Shown here piece by piece: positions 25,421-38,939 of a stretch of 64,000 nucleotides of DNA. The notes beneath the pieces were generated by a model. The model was not told the origin of the DNA. It made no database searches and saw only the letters and a program-made list of their open reading frames with translations. Numbering within the stretch: position 1 is the first letter of the stretch; each line of letters starts with the position of its first letter. Position numbers and translations under genes: made by a program. The stretch lies in NCBI RefSeq assembly GCF_018350175.1, contig NC_058368.1, positions 33,792,001 to 33,856,000 on the forward strand. Direction: 5' to 3'. Source of the stretch: Felis catus (taxonomy: Eukaryota).

Positions 25421-26338
25421 CACATTGTTATGATTGTTCATATATATATATATATATACACACACACTATACCTTATATATGTTATTAATATGTAACGTT
25501 TAGTCACTAAATTAGTATAGTTATTTATCCTATATCAAATATAGTACTTCTATTACATATGTCATGTATTATATGATATAAAAAATTTATATAATATTAT
25601 ACAATATATATATAATAAAATATTTTATACTGGACATTGTATATAAAAGACACATGAAAACTAATCCTAAAGTTGTTGTTATTTCCTCCCTTTGAGAAGG
25701 CAGATAAGGAAGGGCTGTCATCTCAATTCAATCAGGCATCGATCTGGATCAGCACTGGGTTGCTGTTTTAGTTAGATTCAGCCACCTCCCTTTTCCAATG
25801 TCTCCATGACAAGATGTATTGTGTATTTGCTTCAGGTTATCCCCTAGTGGGACTTTGTCTCCTAAGTGCCATCAGGGTAAAAGCACTCAGCTTGGCTGTC
25901 CAGCCCAACCTTCAGCCCTCGACATCATCATCTAAGCACTTAGAAATGTCCTATAGGGAAAACAGTCATGAGCTTGGAGGGGTCTCTCTAGATCCAATCC
26001 AGCATATCAGCTCATATGGTTACCACGAGTTTTGATACTTTCTCTTCCCCCACCTGATTAATCTACCTAAATTAATCTACCTTAACATCCCTAGATTAAG
26101 TTTAACTCTCACCCTGTAAATAGAAAAGGTCTGACAGTCTTAAACATACCCAAGAAGGGTTCTTTCCTCTGTTATTTTAGTTCATCTTATCTTCTTCACC
26201 TCTGATGTTTTAAATGTTAATTCAGCTTTTGTTTTCCCTAGTTGTCGCTGTGAAAGTGATTTGCTCTTGCTAGCTACTCAACCGTACTTGGAAGTAGAAG
26301 ACTAATTAGTCATTATCTTTATTCACACTTTGATAGTA

Positions 26339-26546
26339 CAGGTTTCCCCCACTATCCAAAAGTACAGCACTCCAGTGAAAACTTTCTAAAGCCAAAACGG
26401 CATTAAGCAAAGAAGCAGTGAACCACTTCAAAAAAAAATCAAAAATCCTCTTTGATTGCTTTCATTTAATGAAAACACACAGGTCTGTGATAAAAGCAAA
26501 GGGATGTAAGGCATAAAGCGAACTTTCAGATAGCTGCAGAAACCTG
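26339..26546. mobile_element. TcMar-Tigger-type MITE
   Basis: 25-bp imperfect TIRs: caggtttcccccactatccaaaagt versus the reverse complement of the right end, caggtttctgcagctatctgaaagt; TA on the left. Confidence 0.75.
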
Positions 26547-27354
26547 TGTTTGAGCATTTGAAAAAGGCTAATGAGTGACATGAATTTCAGCATAAGTGGT
26601 GGGGAAGTATCTATATAGTACAATCATACCTAGGATAGTGTTTTACTAATGAGCAAGGAGATTTGGATGGGAAGAGAGGACTTTAGCAATTGCTAGTGGT
26701 GCGATGTGAAGCCAGTTTTATAAGTTCTCCAAGCATCATGCCCTGATTAAAAATTCGATAAAGGGCACTCTCTTTGGAAACAACCATTCTAGCCCATTCT
26801 CAAAGCAATCTATGTAATACTTGAATACACCCCCGGCATTGTGAGTGATACATAACCCAAAAAAACTGATCACAACACTTTCTCTCCCTAGTAGCACTCT
26901 CAACTAGGGTAAGAGGCACATTCTAATGGAAATAGCCACATTTGGCTTCCTGGCACCCAGGTCTCAGAGAACAGGAACTTAAAAAGTGCATCAGAGAACT
27001 AATCAATTGCCACCACTCAGAATCATATCTGACATCTATGCTACTAACCTGCAAGAGTTTCATCATTATTTTTAGTTTTACCAATGTAAATAGTGAAGTC
27101 CTCCTCCATATCAAAAAGTTTAGGTCAAGAGTTATACTGAAAGATTTCTAAGATCTCTTTGGTGAATAAAATAACTCTTTTCACCATTTCTAGGATGAAA
27201 GACACTATTTCTGCCAAGAGCAACTGCTCAGTAATGTTGATTTTATGTTGTGAATATAGACATTTTATAGTTCAAGGTTGGAAACTGTAAGTAAGATAGC
27301 ACATGCTATTTATGTGCCTTTACAAAATTAGATCGGATTATACCTAACAGGTAA

Positions 27355-27612
27355 TAAAACACAATGATTAAGAACTTGGGGTGTGGAAAAAAAATTAAAA
27401 AAAAAAAGAACTTGGGGTCTGGAGCTGGACTGCCAGATTTCAGAGGACTTCTGCTCCTTCCTAGCTGTGCAACACCAACAAGCTAATTATCTATGCCTCT
27501 GTTGTCTTTTCCATGCATTGGAGACCTAATACTGCTTACTTGCACAATGTGTGTTAATATAAAGTCCTTAGAAAATTGTCTGGCACAGAATGAGCCCTAG
27601 ATAAATATTAAC
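27355..27612 (+). mobile_element. MIR remnant
   Basis: tgattaagaacttggggtctggagc...ttcctagctgtgc...aaagtccttagaaaattgtctggcacagaatgagccct. Confidence 0.7.
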
Positions 27613-29733
27613 CTTGATTATAACAGCCTTGTTTTTTTTTTTTCCCTTCCCCAAATAATTATCATTAACTTCTCTGTCTCTCCTAGTTGTTATTTTGGTT
27701 TCACAGGGCAGAAAACTTCTCAAAAATATATCCTACACATCAGACTTTTATTTTTAAAATCTTATTATCTTTCCAAAGAAGTAAAATTCTTGAAAATCAC
27801 CATTTTTCTTTGTTCAGGAAACAGTATTTTTAATAGACTTATTCAAGTAATGACATTTCAAATATCAACTCTTTTTTTTATCCTCCCTCCCCCCTTAAAT
27901 ACATGGTGAAGTACTAGTTGTCCTAGGAGACACCAACAAGGTTGTAAAAAGAATCTACACACCCTAAAATCTATGGGAGATGGGCATATGTAAATTAAGT
28001 ACTTATTAAGTCTGTAATTTCTATAGACTCACAGGGCAACACAGAAAAACCACAAACTTATATAAGGAAAGGCCAGAGAGGAAAAAGGGGAAATTTAGGT
28101 ATTAAATATATATAATCTCAATTTTATAAACAAAATGAAAATGACACATAAAATTGTAATAGATGATACACCAAATGTATATGGTGTTGTCTTTTCCTGG
28201 CAAATTGGAATTCATGTATATTTTTAAATAACTCAAACTCATCGTGGCCATTGTTTCCCTGGAGCTGATAGATGGCATCACATTACTTAAATTCATACAT
28301 GTAGAAATATCCTGTCCATTTCTTTAAACGATTTTAGTGGTTACAAAGTCATTTAGAAATTAACGAAAACCAGGTAAGATGTAAATCAATGTGAGTTCTG
28401 CAAAATAACAATAACGAGAACAGTTGTAGAATACTTTGTTTCTCCCATATAATTATTTAATGCAATTTTTGAATCCATATAGAAAGCTTTATTTTCAAAT
28501 ATATTTCCTCTTTTTTTGGGATTCTGTGATTTAATGAATAATGTCTACTAAAATTAATCTACTGTGAAGGAATTAAACATTTTTACCAAGGCATAAAACT
28601 AAAATTTGGGATAATATAGTTTAAAAAATTAACACAGTGTAAAGAATGATAAGCCTTAACTGAGGAAGGTCACACTATTTGACTGGGGTGTCAAGTTCAA
28701 GATGGATTCACATGGAGTGGTCAGATCAAACAGGGAGATAGTACCAGCCAGGTCATTTGGACTAGGATCAACTCCTGAGGGCATAACAGATGTTGCAGGT
28801 AGATTACTCTCCAAATAATCTATCCTTTTTGCTTTACCTATCTTGTGAACTCTAAATTATTTTCAAATTTCAGCGATGGTTATAATGTTTTTGTGAATCT
28901 TTCCTTCACTGTCCCAGAAGTTAGGTATTCCAGTATTTCTTCATGATCTCCTAGCACCCTGACCTTGCCACTATCATCATGTTTTATTATATCTTATGAT
29001 TACATATTGCAATTTTTAAAACCAGATAAATATTTTACCCTTGTGAACCACTAGAATATGGAGATCATGTTTTATTCATTATATATCAACATAAAGTAGC
29101 ATAGTTAAAAATACATAGTATCCATTCAATACATATGTTTGTTGACTTAAATGAAACTTTCCATTTCAATTGTTTTAAATGCATAGTTCATGGTTTGTCT
29201 ATAAAAATATATTTGTGTAAGAAACAGTCATTGTAGCTTTGTCACATCTCTGAAGGCAGTTTTTCACTCAACTTGGTCCTATTCTTCTTGTTCACCATGT
29301 TGTTCTCATTAGAGAACCCCCTCCCTGTTAGCATACCAGCATGATAATACTATTTCCTTTTTAACAGTTTTTCTGGATTTCCCAAATACCTCTCTTTAAT
29401 GCACCTTTGTCCAAAGTGCCTCTCATAGAGCTAACTAATCACAGATGGCTGCCTCTCACGGGTAAAGCAGTACATAATTCTAGCTATTTGCTAGCACATT
29501 AATGATTAATCATACTTTAAAATATCTGTTACAAAAAGTTTTTAAACACTTAAGTTTTAAAACACATAGCTGATTTCTAAAAAATTCTTCAAACAGGTAA
29601 CTTTATTTCTCCTCTATAAAAAGCATCAAATTTATGTTGTCGTTTTTCCAACATAGTGACATGTCAGCATACGAAAACAAATTTGTTTTCCCCTTAGTCT
29701 CACCTTCTCACTCATTCCTTCCATCATCACACC

Positions 29734-29830
29734 TAATTCCAGAATTCAGTTCTATAAAAAAATCTGAGTTAATTAATGTATATGGTCTCTATATCTAGTC
29801 TATACATACACTGTTATATAGGCACTTTTT
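29734..29830 (+). repeat. ~96-bp dispersed direct repeat, copy A
   Basis: taattccagaattcagttctataaaaa...cactgttatataggcacttttt recurs at 31384. Confidence 0.9.
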
Positions 29831-30339
29831 TTTAATGGAGGAGACTCACATTGACCAAGCATGCAAAGTCTGATTGTTTTCCCCATATTTAAAATGTATA
29901 AACTCACAATGAAATATAATCACAGACCCAGCATGGTTATGTCCCTATGACAAGTCTAAAAAATTGAGTAGGAAATAAACAACAATGTGCAATCTTCTAA
30001 GTCAGTGTATTCTCCCTTGTCTCCTATGGGAGGAGATACTACCTTGCCAATATTAGCTTATCTGCCAACATTAACGTACAAACAAACATTGGATTGTCAA
30101 CCAGTCTCCCTACCTCATTTCCAAATCTTTGAGGAGATTTAAAGAAGACTTCTTTGCTAATTTTACAGCCCAACCTTCAGAGGAGGTTATTAGTATGTTC
30201 TATTTCAATATTATTTTAAGGGGGACAACACATAACGTTTTCCTTATTACCACAGGTAATAAGTACTCAATATAAAATGTGTATTTTTTCACAAAATCGT
30301 GATAGAAAAGAGGCAAACAAATAATTTATTACTTACTTG

Positions 30340-30515
30340 TTCCATATGCTTTGAAAATATCTCATAAATCTTCATAGTAACCATTTGACACATATTTATT
30401 ATCTCCCTTTTTTTTCAAATGAAGTGGGGCTCAAAAGCATTATATAACCTACCCAGATTGCTTGTGGGGCCAGGATGCAAACCTAGGTCTAACTCCATGG
30501 TGTACTTTCCATTAT
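30340..30515 (-). mobile_element. MIR remnant
   Basis: aatcttcatagtaacc...tattatctccctttt...ggggccaggatgcaaacctaggtctaactcc. Confidence 0.6.
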
Positions 30516-30800
30516 AAGTGGAGAGCCATAAGCAAAGAATCCTGCCAAAACAGCAATCCATTTGCAGACTAAAGGACAAAGATAACTACAACAAATCAAC
30601 AAACTTACTAAATCAACAAAAATTAATTTTATATGCCTATAATAATATGCATAATTGTTGCTGTTTTGCTCAGTAATTAAGATGCAAACAGCTAAACATT
30701 TAAATATATGGCTTTAGTTAATATTAAAAAGTCAAAGTATTTCTAAATCAGAACAAAGAAAAATCTTAAAACAGGAAGAAGTTCTACAAGTGTTTTATGA

Positions 30801-31004
30801 TTTTATTTTATTTTTGAGAGAAAGAGAGATACACCACAAGTGGGGGAGGGCAGAGAGAGAGGGAGACACAAAATCCGAAGCAGGCTCCAGGCTCTGAGCT
30901 GTCCACACAGAGCCGGACAAGGGGTGCAAACTCAGGGACCTTGAGATCATGACCTGAGCCAAGGTCTGACTGATGCTTAACCAACTGAGCCACCCAGGTG
31001 GCCC
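30801..31004 (-). mobile_element. Can-SINE
   Basis: Reverse-complement body; TSD-like aaacaggaaga(a/t)gttcta. Confidence 0.93.
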
Positions 31005-31383
31005 TAAACAGGAAGATGTTCTAAGGTCTTACTTACTTAACTAATCTGAGCCCCCTTAATCTTCTATTGAAAATGATCTTCTAATTAAGCGGCGTTTATG
31101 TAAACCAGATCGCTTAATAGGTAGCATGTGAGTGACCTCAAAATCCTTTGTTTCAGAAAAATAGTTTCCTGTTACAGAAAATACCTCCCCTACATTGCCA
31201 AAAATCTAAAAATGAGTGGCACATATCGATCAACAAAATCGATAAATAATCATTTTAGGTGGACATGGCAAAAGAAAAATTATATAGTAGTTAGAGCTGG
31301 AATTCATGAAAAACAGAAAATAAAAAAGTCCAAGAAAAATAAAACAAATTAGGCTTTTTTTGGCAGACCAAAACACCTTTCTG

Positions 31384-31479
31384 TAATTCCAGAATTCAGT
31401 TCTATAAAAAATCTGAATTCATTAATATATATAGTTTCTCTATGTAGTCTATATGTACACTATTATATAGACACTTTTT
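31384..31479 (+). repeat. ~96-bp dispersed direct repeat, copy B
   Basis: Aligns by eye to 29734-29830 with about 11 substitutions and a 1-nt difference in an A run. Confidence 0.9.
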
Positions 31480-31483
31480 CTCA

Positions 31484-31698
31484 TTTTCTTTTTTTTAAGT
31501 TTATTTATTTATTTTGAGAGAGAAAGCACAAGTAAAGGAAGGGCAGAGAGAGAGAAGAGTGAGAGAGAGAAAGAGAGAATCCCAAGCAGGCTCCACATTG
31601 TCAGTGAAGAACATGACATAGAGCTTGAACCCAAAAACCATGGATCAGGACCCGAGATGAAGTAAGACACTTAACCAACTGAGCCACCCAGGCACCCC
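31484..31698 (-). mobile_element. Can-SINE (older subtype)
   Basis: T tail, (GA)n, gaatcccaagcaggctcc...gagccacccaggcacccc. Confidence 0.92.
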
Positions 31699-31889
31699 AA
31701 AAACATAAGTGTTCTTAAATTGACAATTAATCAACAAGTTTGGATGGAATTGCTTTACATAGACTAATGGTAGGCAAGAAGAGGAACAAAGGTTGGGACC
31801 AGATCAAAAGAGACCTTGAAATATGTAAATCCTGTGCATAGTATTTTCCAGAGTCTTGTAAAATGACTGAAAGATGCTCTGTCCCTGGC

Positions 31890-32428
31890 ATAACATATTT
31901 TCTACCAGCTACTGAAACCAACACTAATCTAGATGCTGCTGTGAAGGGATTTTGACAGATTCAGTTAAGGCTCAAAACAGTTGACCTTAAGATAGGTAAT
32001 TATCCTAGATGAGCTTTATTTAATCAGGTGAGCTCTTAGAATAAGATCTTCTAGAAATCATAGATTTGAGCATAAGAGAGATTTGAGTCAAGGGAGATTC
32101 TTTGTTGCTGGCTTTGAACTCTAGGGGGCTGACAAGGAATGTGGGTAGCCTTAGGGACTTGGTAACAGCCCACAACTAATATCCAGCAAGGAAAGGGCAT
32201 CTCAGTACCACACTGCAAAAAAATGAAGTCTGCCATATCCATATGAGCTTAGAAAACTCCAAAGCTCCAGATGAAAACACATCTAGCAACACCATAATTT
32301 CAACCTTGTAAGACCTAAAGAAGAAATGTCAATCATGCCATGCCTGAACTCCTGACCCACAAAACTATGAGCTAATAAATAGTGTTTGAGGCTGCCTGTT
32401 TATAGTAATTTGCTATGGAGCCCAATAT
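31890..32428 (+). mobile_element. MaLR LTR (MLT1E-like)
   Basis: aacactaatctagatgctgctgtgaagggattttg...ctcctgacccacaaaactatgagctaataaat...tagtaatttgctatggagc. Confidence 0.8.
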
Positions 32429-32471
32429 AAAGCCTTCATCTTTCATTTCTTATTTAGTCTCATAAGCTTAA

Positions 32472-32622
32472 CCTAGGTATAAATTATATACAAATAACTG
32501 TACATATTAATGTGTATAATCCGATGGTATAGACATATGCAGATTTCCATAATAACATCACCACAATCAAGAGAAGGGACATAGCCAACATCTCCCTCCC
32601 AAAGTCTCCTTATGTCCCTTTG
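32472..32622 (-). mobile_element. L1MA/L1MB-type 3'-terminal fragment
   Basis: ggtataaattatatacaaataactgtacatatt...catcaccacaatcaag...aaagtctccttatgtccctttg is the reverse complement of an old L1 3' terminus. Confidence 0.7.
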
Positions 32623-32686
32623 CTTTTTGCTTTCTTGGTTTTTCTGTTTGTTTGTTTGTTTGTTTGTTTTGTTTTGTTTTGTTTTT

Positions 32687-33717
<1,031 letters not shown>

Positions 33718-33754
33718 TCATAACATTGAAAAACCTCCACTAAAAACAGTTACC

Positions 33755-34190
33755 TTTTTTTCCCCTTGTCCTCCCCCAAGGGTTTCTGTTAAGTTTCTCA
33801 GGATCCACATAAGAGTGAAAACATATGGTATCTGTCTTTCTTTGTATGGCTTATTTCACTTGGCATAACACTCTCCAGTTCCATCCACGTTGCTACAAAG
33901 GGCCATATTTCAAAAAAAAAAAAAAAAAAAAAAGAGGTTAGAGTGGGAGAGAGCCAAAGCGTAAGAGACTCTTAAAAACTGAGAACAAACTGAGGGTTGA
34001 TGGGGGGTGGGAGGGAGGGAAGGGTGGATGATGGGTATTGAGGAGGGCACCTTTTGGGATGAGCACTGGGTGTTGTATGGAAACCAATTTGACAATGAAT
34101 TTCATATATTGAAAAAAACAAAAAACAAACAAAAAAACACAAAAATAAATGCTAAAGTTAAAAAAATTAAAAAAATTAAAAAAAAATAAA
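33755..34190 (+). mobile_element. Short feline L1 (L1_Fc-type) 3' end with 5' inversion
   Basis: 33755-33911 is antisense L1 (gaaatatggccc...ggggaaaaaaa); 33912-34190 is the contiguous sense 3' UTR with A tail; imperfect TSD aaaacag(ag)tt(a/g)cctt. Confidence 0.92.
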
Positions 34191-36079
34191 ACAGAGTTGC
34201 CTTACTGCATTTAAGAAGGTGGCGATTCGTTTAGGTTAATTCTTAACTCTCTATTTTGTTGTATTTCCTTAGGCTAAAACTCAAGGATGAGTCTATGAAG
34301 ATAGAACCAAAGCTTAATCTGAGAGACCATATCTCTTTTACCAACATTTTCACTGACTCTTCCATTGACTGTGAATAAAATACTGGCATCTAGATTCTCT
34401 TCTCTGTCAAAATGAGTCTTTCCCAGAAGGTTGCTTTTTAGGTAAACATAAATCTAGGACGGTGATTCCCAAATAATTTCCATGCTAAGACCCACCTGAT
34501 TTCTAGTATAAGTATAATTTAGGGTTAAAATACAACCTAGTTTAACCAACAAGAATTATTCAACAGAACACCTTAGGATATCACGATCCAATTGTGCATT
34601 GCCGTTATCAAATGTAGGAAGGTTTTCCTTCCGCAAATCATAAAAGACTAGTAGGAGTCACATTAATTTTAAGATGAGAAAACTAGAACCCAAAAGGCTA
34701 AAGGAAACATTTACTTAGGGTATGACTTACTAACAATTTTCTTTACATACAATAAACCAATTAATAAAATGGTAATGTAAAATGTCAAAATCTAATGTTC
34801 TATAAATATAACAAGTGAGAACTTAATCAATGTTTAAATAAAGAAGACATTTCCTAACCATGAAAATAAACCAGAATAAGAGAGCTCTGCTTTAATGTTG
34901 ATAAAAGTGTATCCTTAAGAGAAGGACTCTAAGATATTTTCCAAGGAAGCTATCACACAAATATTACACAAGGAAAATGTTATAACTCTGGGTACACTTT
35001 GTTTCCTCTCAATGCATCTGAACTCAAGACCATCACAAAAATTTAGCTTCCACATTTCTAGATTAAAATTTTGGAATTTCTCACTTATATTTTATAATCT
35101 CAACACTCCCTTATAACAAAATCACTGCCTCACATGTGGAATTTATTAGCCTACATTGGCTATCTAGATTTCTGATTTTCCCATCCTTCTAGTGATGATG
35201 TTCAGCACTGTGTTTTCTGATCCGTCATTGTAATCTTGCAACAGCCCAAGTCCAGAGCTGAGAAATGGAAGTCTTACACACTTACTGTGCACATCATAAA
35301 TGCAACTGAACATGAGGCAGGTAGTTTCTGTTAATTCACCATAGCCATACTCCTTGCACAATTTCTAATACATAGTCAGCTTATTGGTGAGTCATTAGTT
35401 TTAAGAAACAACTTATTTCCACAAGGATTTCTTGTCCATCTAATATGAAGAAGGTAGTCTGGTGGGTGATGAAGAATCACATAATAAATGGCAGATGATC
35501 CTGTGCATTGAGAATCTTATGGTCTCTACAGACTACATTGTGCATACCTGCTCTGATGGAGTTATACTCCCCTCCCCATATCCAACCATCCTGACCAGAA
35601 CAAGGAGCAAGAACTTCATGAGGGTAGAGCCAGGACTGGCCCAAAAGAAAGTTAAGGTAAATTTTGTCTCGTAACCTTCCCAGTCCTCCTCTCCTGGTGT
35701 TACCTATCTCTGCTTGATAGCAGTCTGTCTACTCGTATTCTTATCCAATATTTTATAATGCATTAACCTAACCTCTCCTCTTCTTCCTCAAACTGGGATC
35801 AGGCTCCAAAATTATCTTTTAATTCATCCCTACAACCATCAATCTCCCTTTCCAATCGCCTGAGTGTGAGAGATAGTATGTTCGCCAGGACTTACTACAA
35901 GCAAGGGTATAAGAAAATGGTAACTTTATTCAACACCATGCTTAACACTCAAAAAATGTTCCTTGTACAGATGTTTTATACATGTAATATTACTAGAAAA
36001 GTAATTTAAAATAAAAGGCTATTCCCTCCACGCACATATATACCCAGAAACATGAAAACGATATGATGTAATCTGTAAG

Positions 36080-36270
36080 TAGCGTACTGGAATCTCAGCT
36101 TAGGCATTTATTATCTGTGTGATAGTAGGCAAACTAATTAAATTTCATGAACTTGAGTCTCCTAATCTCTAAAATGAAGATGGATAATAAAATAAAGATA
36201 TATTTCATAGCAGTGAGATAATAAGTAAAGTTTTAGCAGAATACCTAGAGCATAGCCGACTCTCAGTAAA
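36080..36270 (+). mobile_element. MIR remnant
   Basis: ggaatctcagct...ttattatctgtgtgatagtaggcaa...cttgagtctcctaatctctaaaatg...agaatacctagagcatag. Confidence 0.65.
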
Positions 36271-36577
36271 TGCCATTTCCACGTTATTCAGGTAACAATG
36301 GCAATCTAATCTACCAAAAACAGGTAAGTATTTACTGTGCTTACTATTATAGGATCTATAAAACATGTTTTAAAAATTTATTTAATAATTGCAATTGTAA
36401 ATGATAAACTATGTATCTAATTTCCTCATTTAAAAGAATCACACAAGCAAGTCTAGAAAGTAGTATAATCATTATATTGAGGAAACTGAAACCAAGAAAG
36501 GTTAAGTAACTTGCTTTGCATCATAATATAATTAATAACAAAGTCAAAGTATGTCTTTTTTGACTTATTTATGTGTT

Positions 36578-36797
36578 CTTTTTTTAATTTTTTTAATGTT
36601 TATTCATCCTTGAGAGAGACAGAGACAGAATGGGAGTGGATTAGGGGCAGAGAGAGAGGGAGACACAGAATCCAAAGCAGGCTCTAGGCTCCAAGCTGTC
36701 AGCATAGAGCCAGAGGCGGGGCTCGAACTCATCAGCTGTGAGATCATGACCGCGACCGAAGTCAGACGCTCAACCCACTGAGCCACCCAGGCGCCCC
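36578..36797 (-). mobile_element. Can-SINE
   Basis: Reverse-complement body; TSD tttatgtgttcttt. Confidence 0.95.
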
Positions 36798-36967
36798 TTA
36801 TTTATGTGTTCTTTCGTCACCCTGTGCTGACGGCACAGGGAAGCTCTGCCTGCCACTTCAACTCTGTGTCTCCACAAGCTCTCCATCTGACTCATTCTAG
36901 ACAGAGAAATTCCATTTCCTCTTTGCTCTTGAGGTATTCACAAGATATACTGTGACTGGCTCTTTTT

Positions 36968-37184
36968 ATTTAAAAAAATATTATTCATTTTTGAGAGAGA
37001 GAGAGAGAGAGAAAGAGAACAAGCAGGGGAGAGGCAGAGAGAGAAGGAGACACAGGATCCAAAGCAGGTTCCAGGCTCTGAGCTGTCAGCACAGAGCCCA
37101 GTGCAGGGCTCGAAGCCACAAACTGTGAGATCATGACCTGAGCTCAAGTCAGACACTCACCTGCCTGAGCCACCCAGGCGCCCC
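36968..37184 (-). mobile_element. Can-SINE
   Basis: Reverse-complement body; TSD tctttttattt. Confidence 0.95.
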
Positions 37185-38024
37185 TGTCTTTTTATTTTGA
37201 ATCTCCTATAGTGAAGATTTTCTCTGGCTAAATATTTTACCATCGATATTGTTTCTTAAAGTTTCCTGAAATTTGGCCCTACTTTAGGCCAAATTTTGGG
37301 ATGATCCACAGATAGCAGGTAGAATTGAGAAATTGCAGTCACGACAATCCAGCCTTAAGACAATGATTGGGTTTAAGAATGGTCACGTGGTGTAATTCTG
37401 CCCAATGAGATGTTAGAGGAAATGGGCTTCTAGGGCTTCTCAGAAATTGTCCTCTCTCAGTAAAGAACAAAAGACATGCGATTCTCTTTTCCTGTCTGTA
37501 TATTACTATTTAGATGTAACACCTGGATTTACAACAACCCATAAGCCATCCACCTAAATTATCAGAGGAACAAGGTGGAGGGACTTAATGCTACCGCTAA
37601 TCAGATAAATGAACTAAATCTTGAAGCACTCTACCTCTGGACTTTGTTAGGTAAAATAACAAATACTATTATTGATCAAATAATTTTTAGCGGAGTTTCC
37701 AATAGCTGCAGCAGAACACATACCTCAAAGTGACCTAGTGATGAGCCTCTACTAGGATAACTTATTCTTTGTTTAGTGCTCTTTAAAAATTACAACATGC
37801 CATGCCTGGGGAGATACACCTACTCATACTTGGTAGAAAACTGAAATTTTATTACTGTACAGAAAACCCTTTGAAACAATTTAGGGAAAGTAGCACATTT
37901 CATTCTAAAATGTAAATTTTTCTTAATCAACTCTCCACACTGCAGCCAAAACAGTAACATATAAACTAAATGTCTTAAACTTCCTTAAAATTCTTTTGAT
38001 ACACTCCCAAGTCTGTTGCTTTCG

Positions 38025-38185
38025 CCAGTGTTTCTCACCCATGGCTGAACATTTTAATAACTCGGGGAGATCTTTAGAAATAATGATGCCTGAATTCCCT
38101 ACCTCCAGAGATCATGACATTCTAGGTCTGGGTATGGTCTGGGCTTCATGATTAAATGTGAAGCCAAGTTTAAAAACCCCTGCCC
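38025..38185. mobile_element. hAT-Charlie MER5-like element
   Basis: ccagtgtttctca...ctccagagatcatgacattctaggtctggg...aagtttaaaaacccctg; a second partial copy lies at ~38290-38337. Confidence 0.65.
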
Positions 38186-38939
38186 TAGAGATTAATTAGC
38201 TGGTTAAGGGTAAGACCTGAAGGTTTATATATACGTGTGTGTATATACGTGTGTATATACACAGACACATACATACACTTTTTTCTTTTTTTTAAGTCTT
38301 CAGGTGATTACAAATTAGCCAGAATTGAGAAACACTAGCCTATGAGACAAAGTACAAATTCCTTACATGGGATACAATACATTTTATTATTTCCCTCCAA
38401 ATATTTTCAAACTGCCTTCCCAAGCAGGGACTCCTCTCTTGCTCTGTGTTCCAGTAACACTACATCAATTGGAATTTTACTTTATATAACATAAAAACTC
38501 AAAACCAGTGGCTGAAATAGAATAAAAATGTATATTTTTCTCCTATTCAAAAAAAAGAGTTTTAAGGTACACATTGATGGTTCTAAAGTGTTATCAGAGT
38601 CCCACACAACTTTTTTTTGTTTTTTTTTTTTTTTATTGGCTAAAACTTAATCATATGGATAAATCCAGCTATAAGGCAGACTGACTACACTGCCCTTATA
38701 AACAAAGTTAGTGTTCTAACATATATGAGAAACGAAGAATAGATAGTTTGGCAACTAGCCTTATATGCCAAACTACATTAAACTGTCACAAACATCATGT
38801 TTCTTTTGTCCCTATGTGCCTTCATTCAACTCTCAAGCATTACTTCCCCTTCAAGTCCCAGCTCAACCATCAGGTTAGCCACAAAACTCACTGTCCCCTT
38901 AGTTCATGTAAAACTGATTACTCCATCCACTCCTTTATA

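Noticed and set aside
36292..36330. 32-nt segment with a strong CAG|gtaagt donor
   Set aside because: Sits between two MIR relics; isolated consensus donors are common by chance
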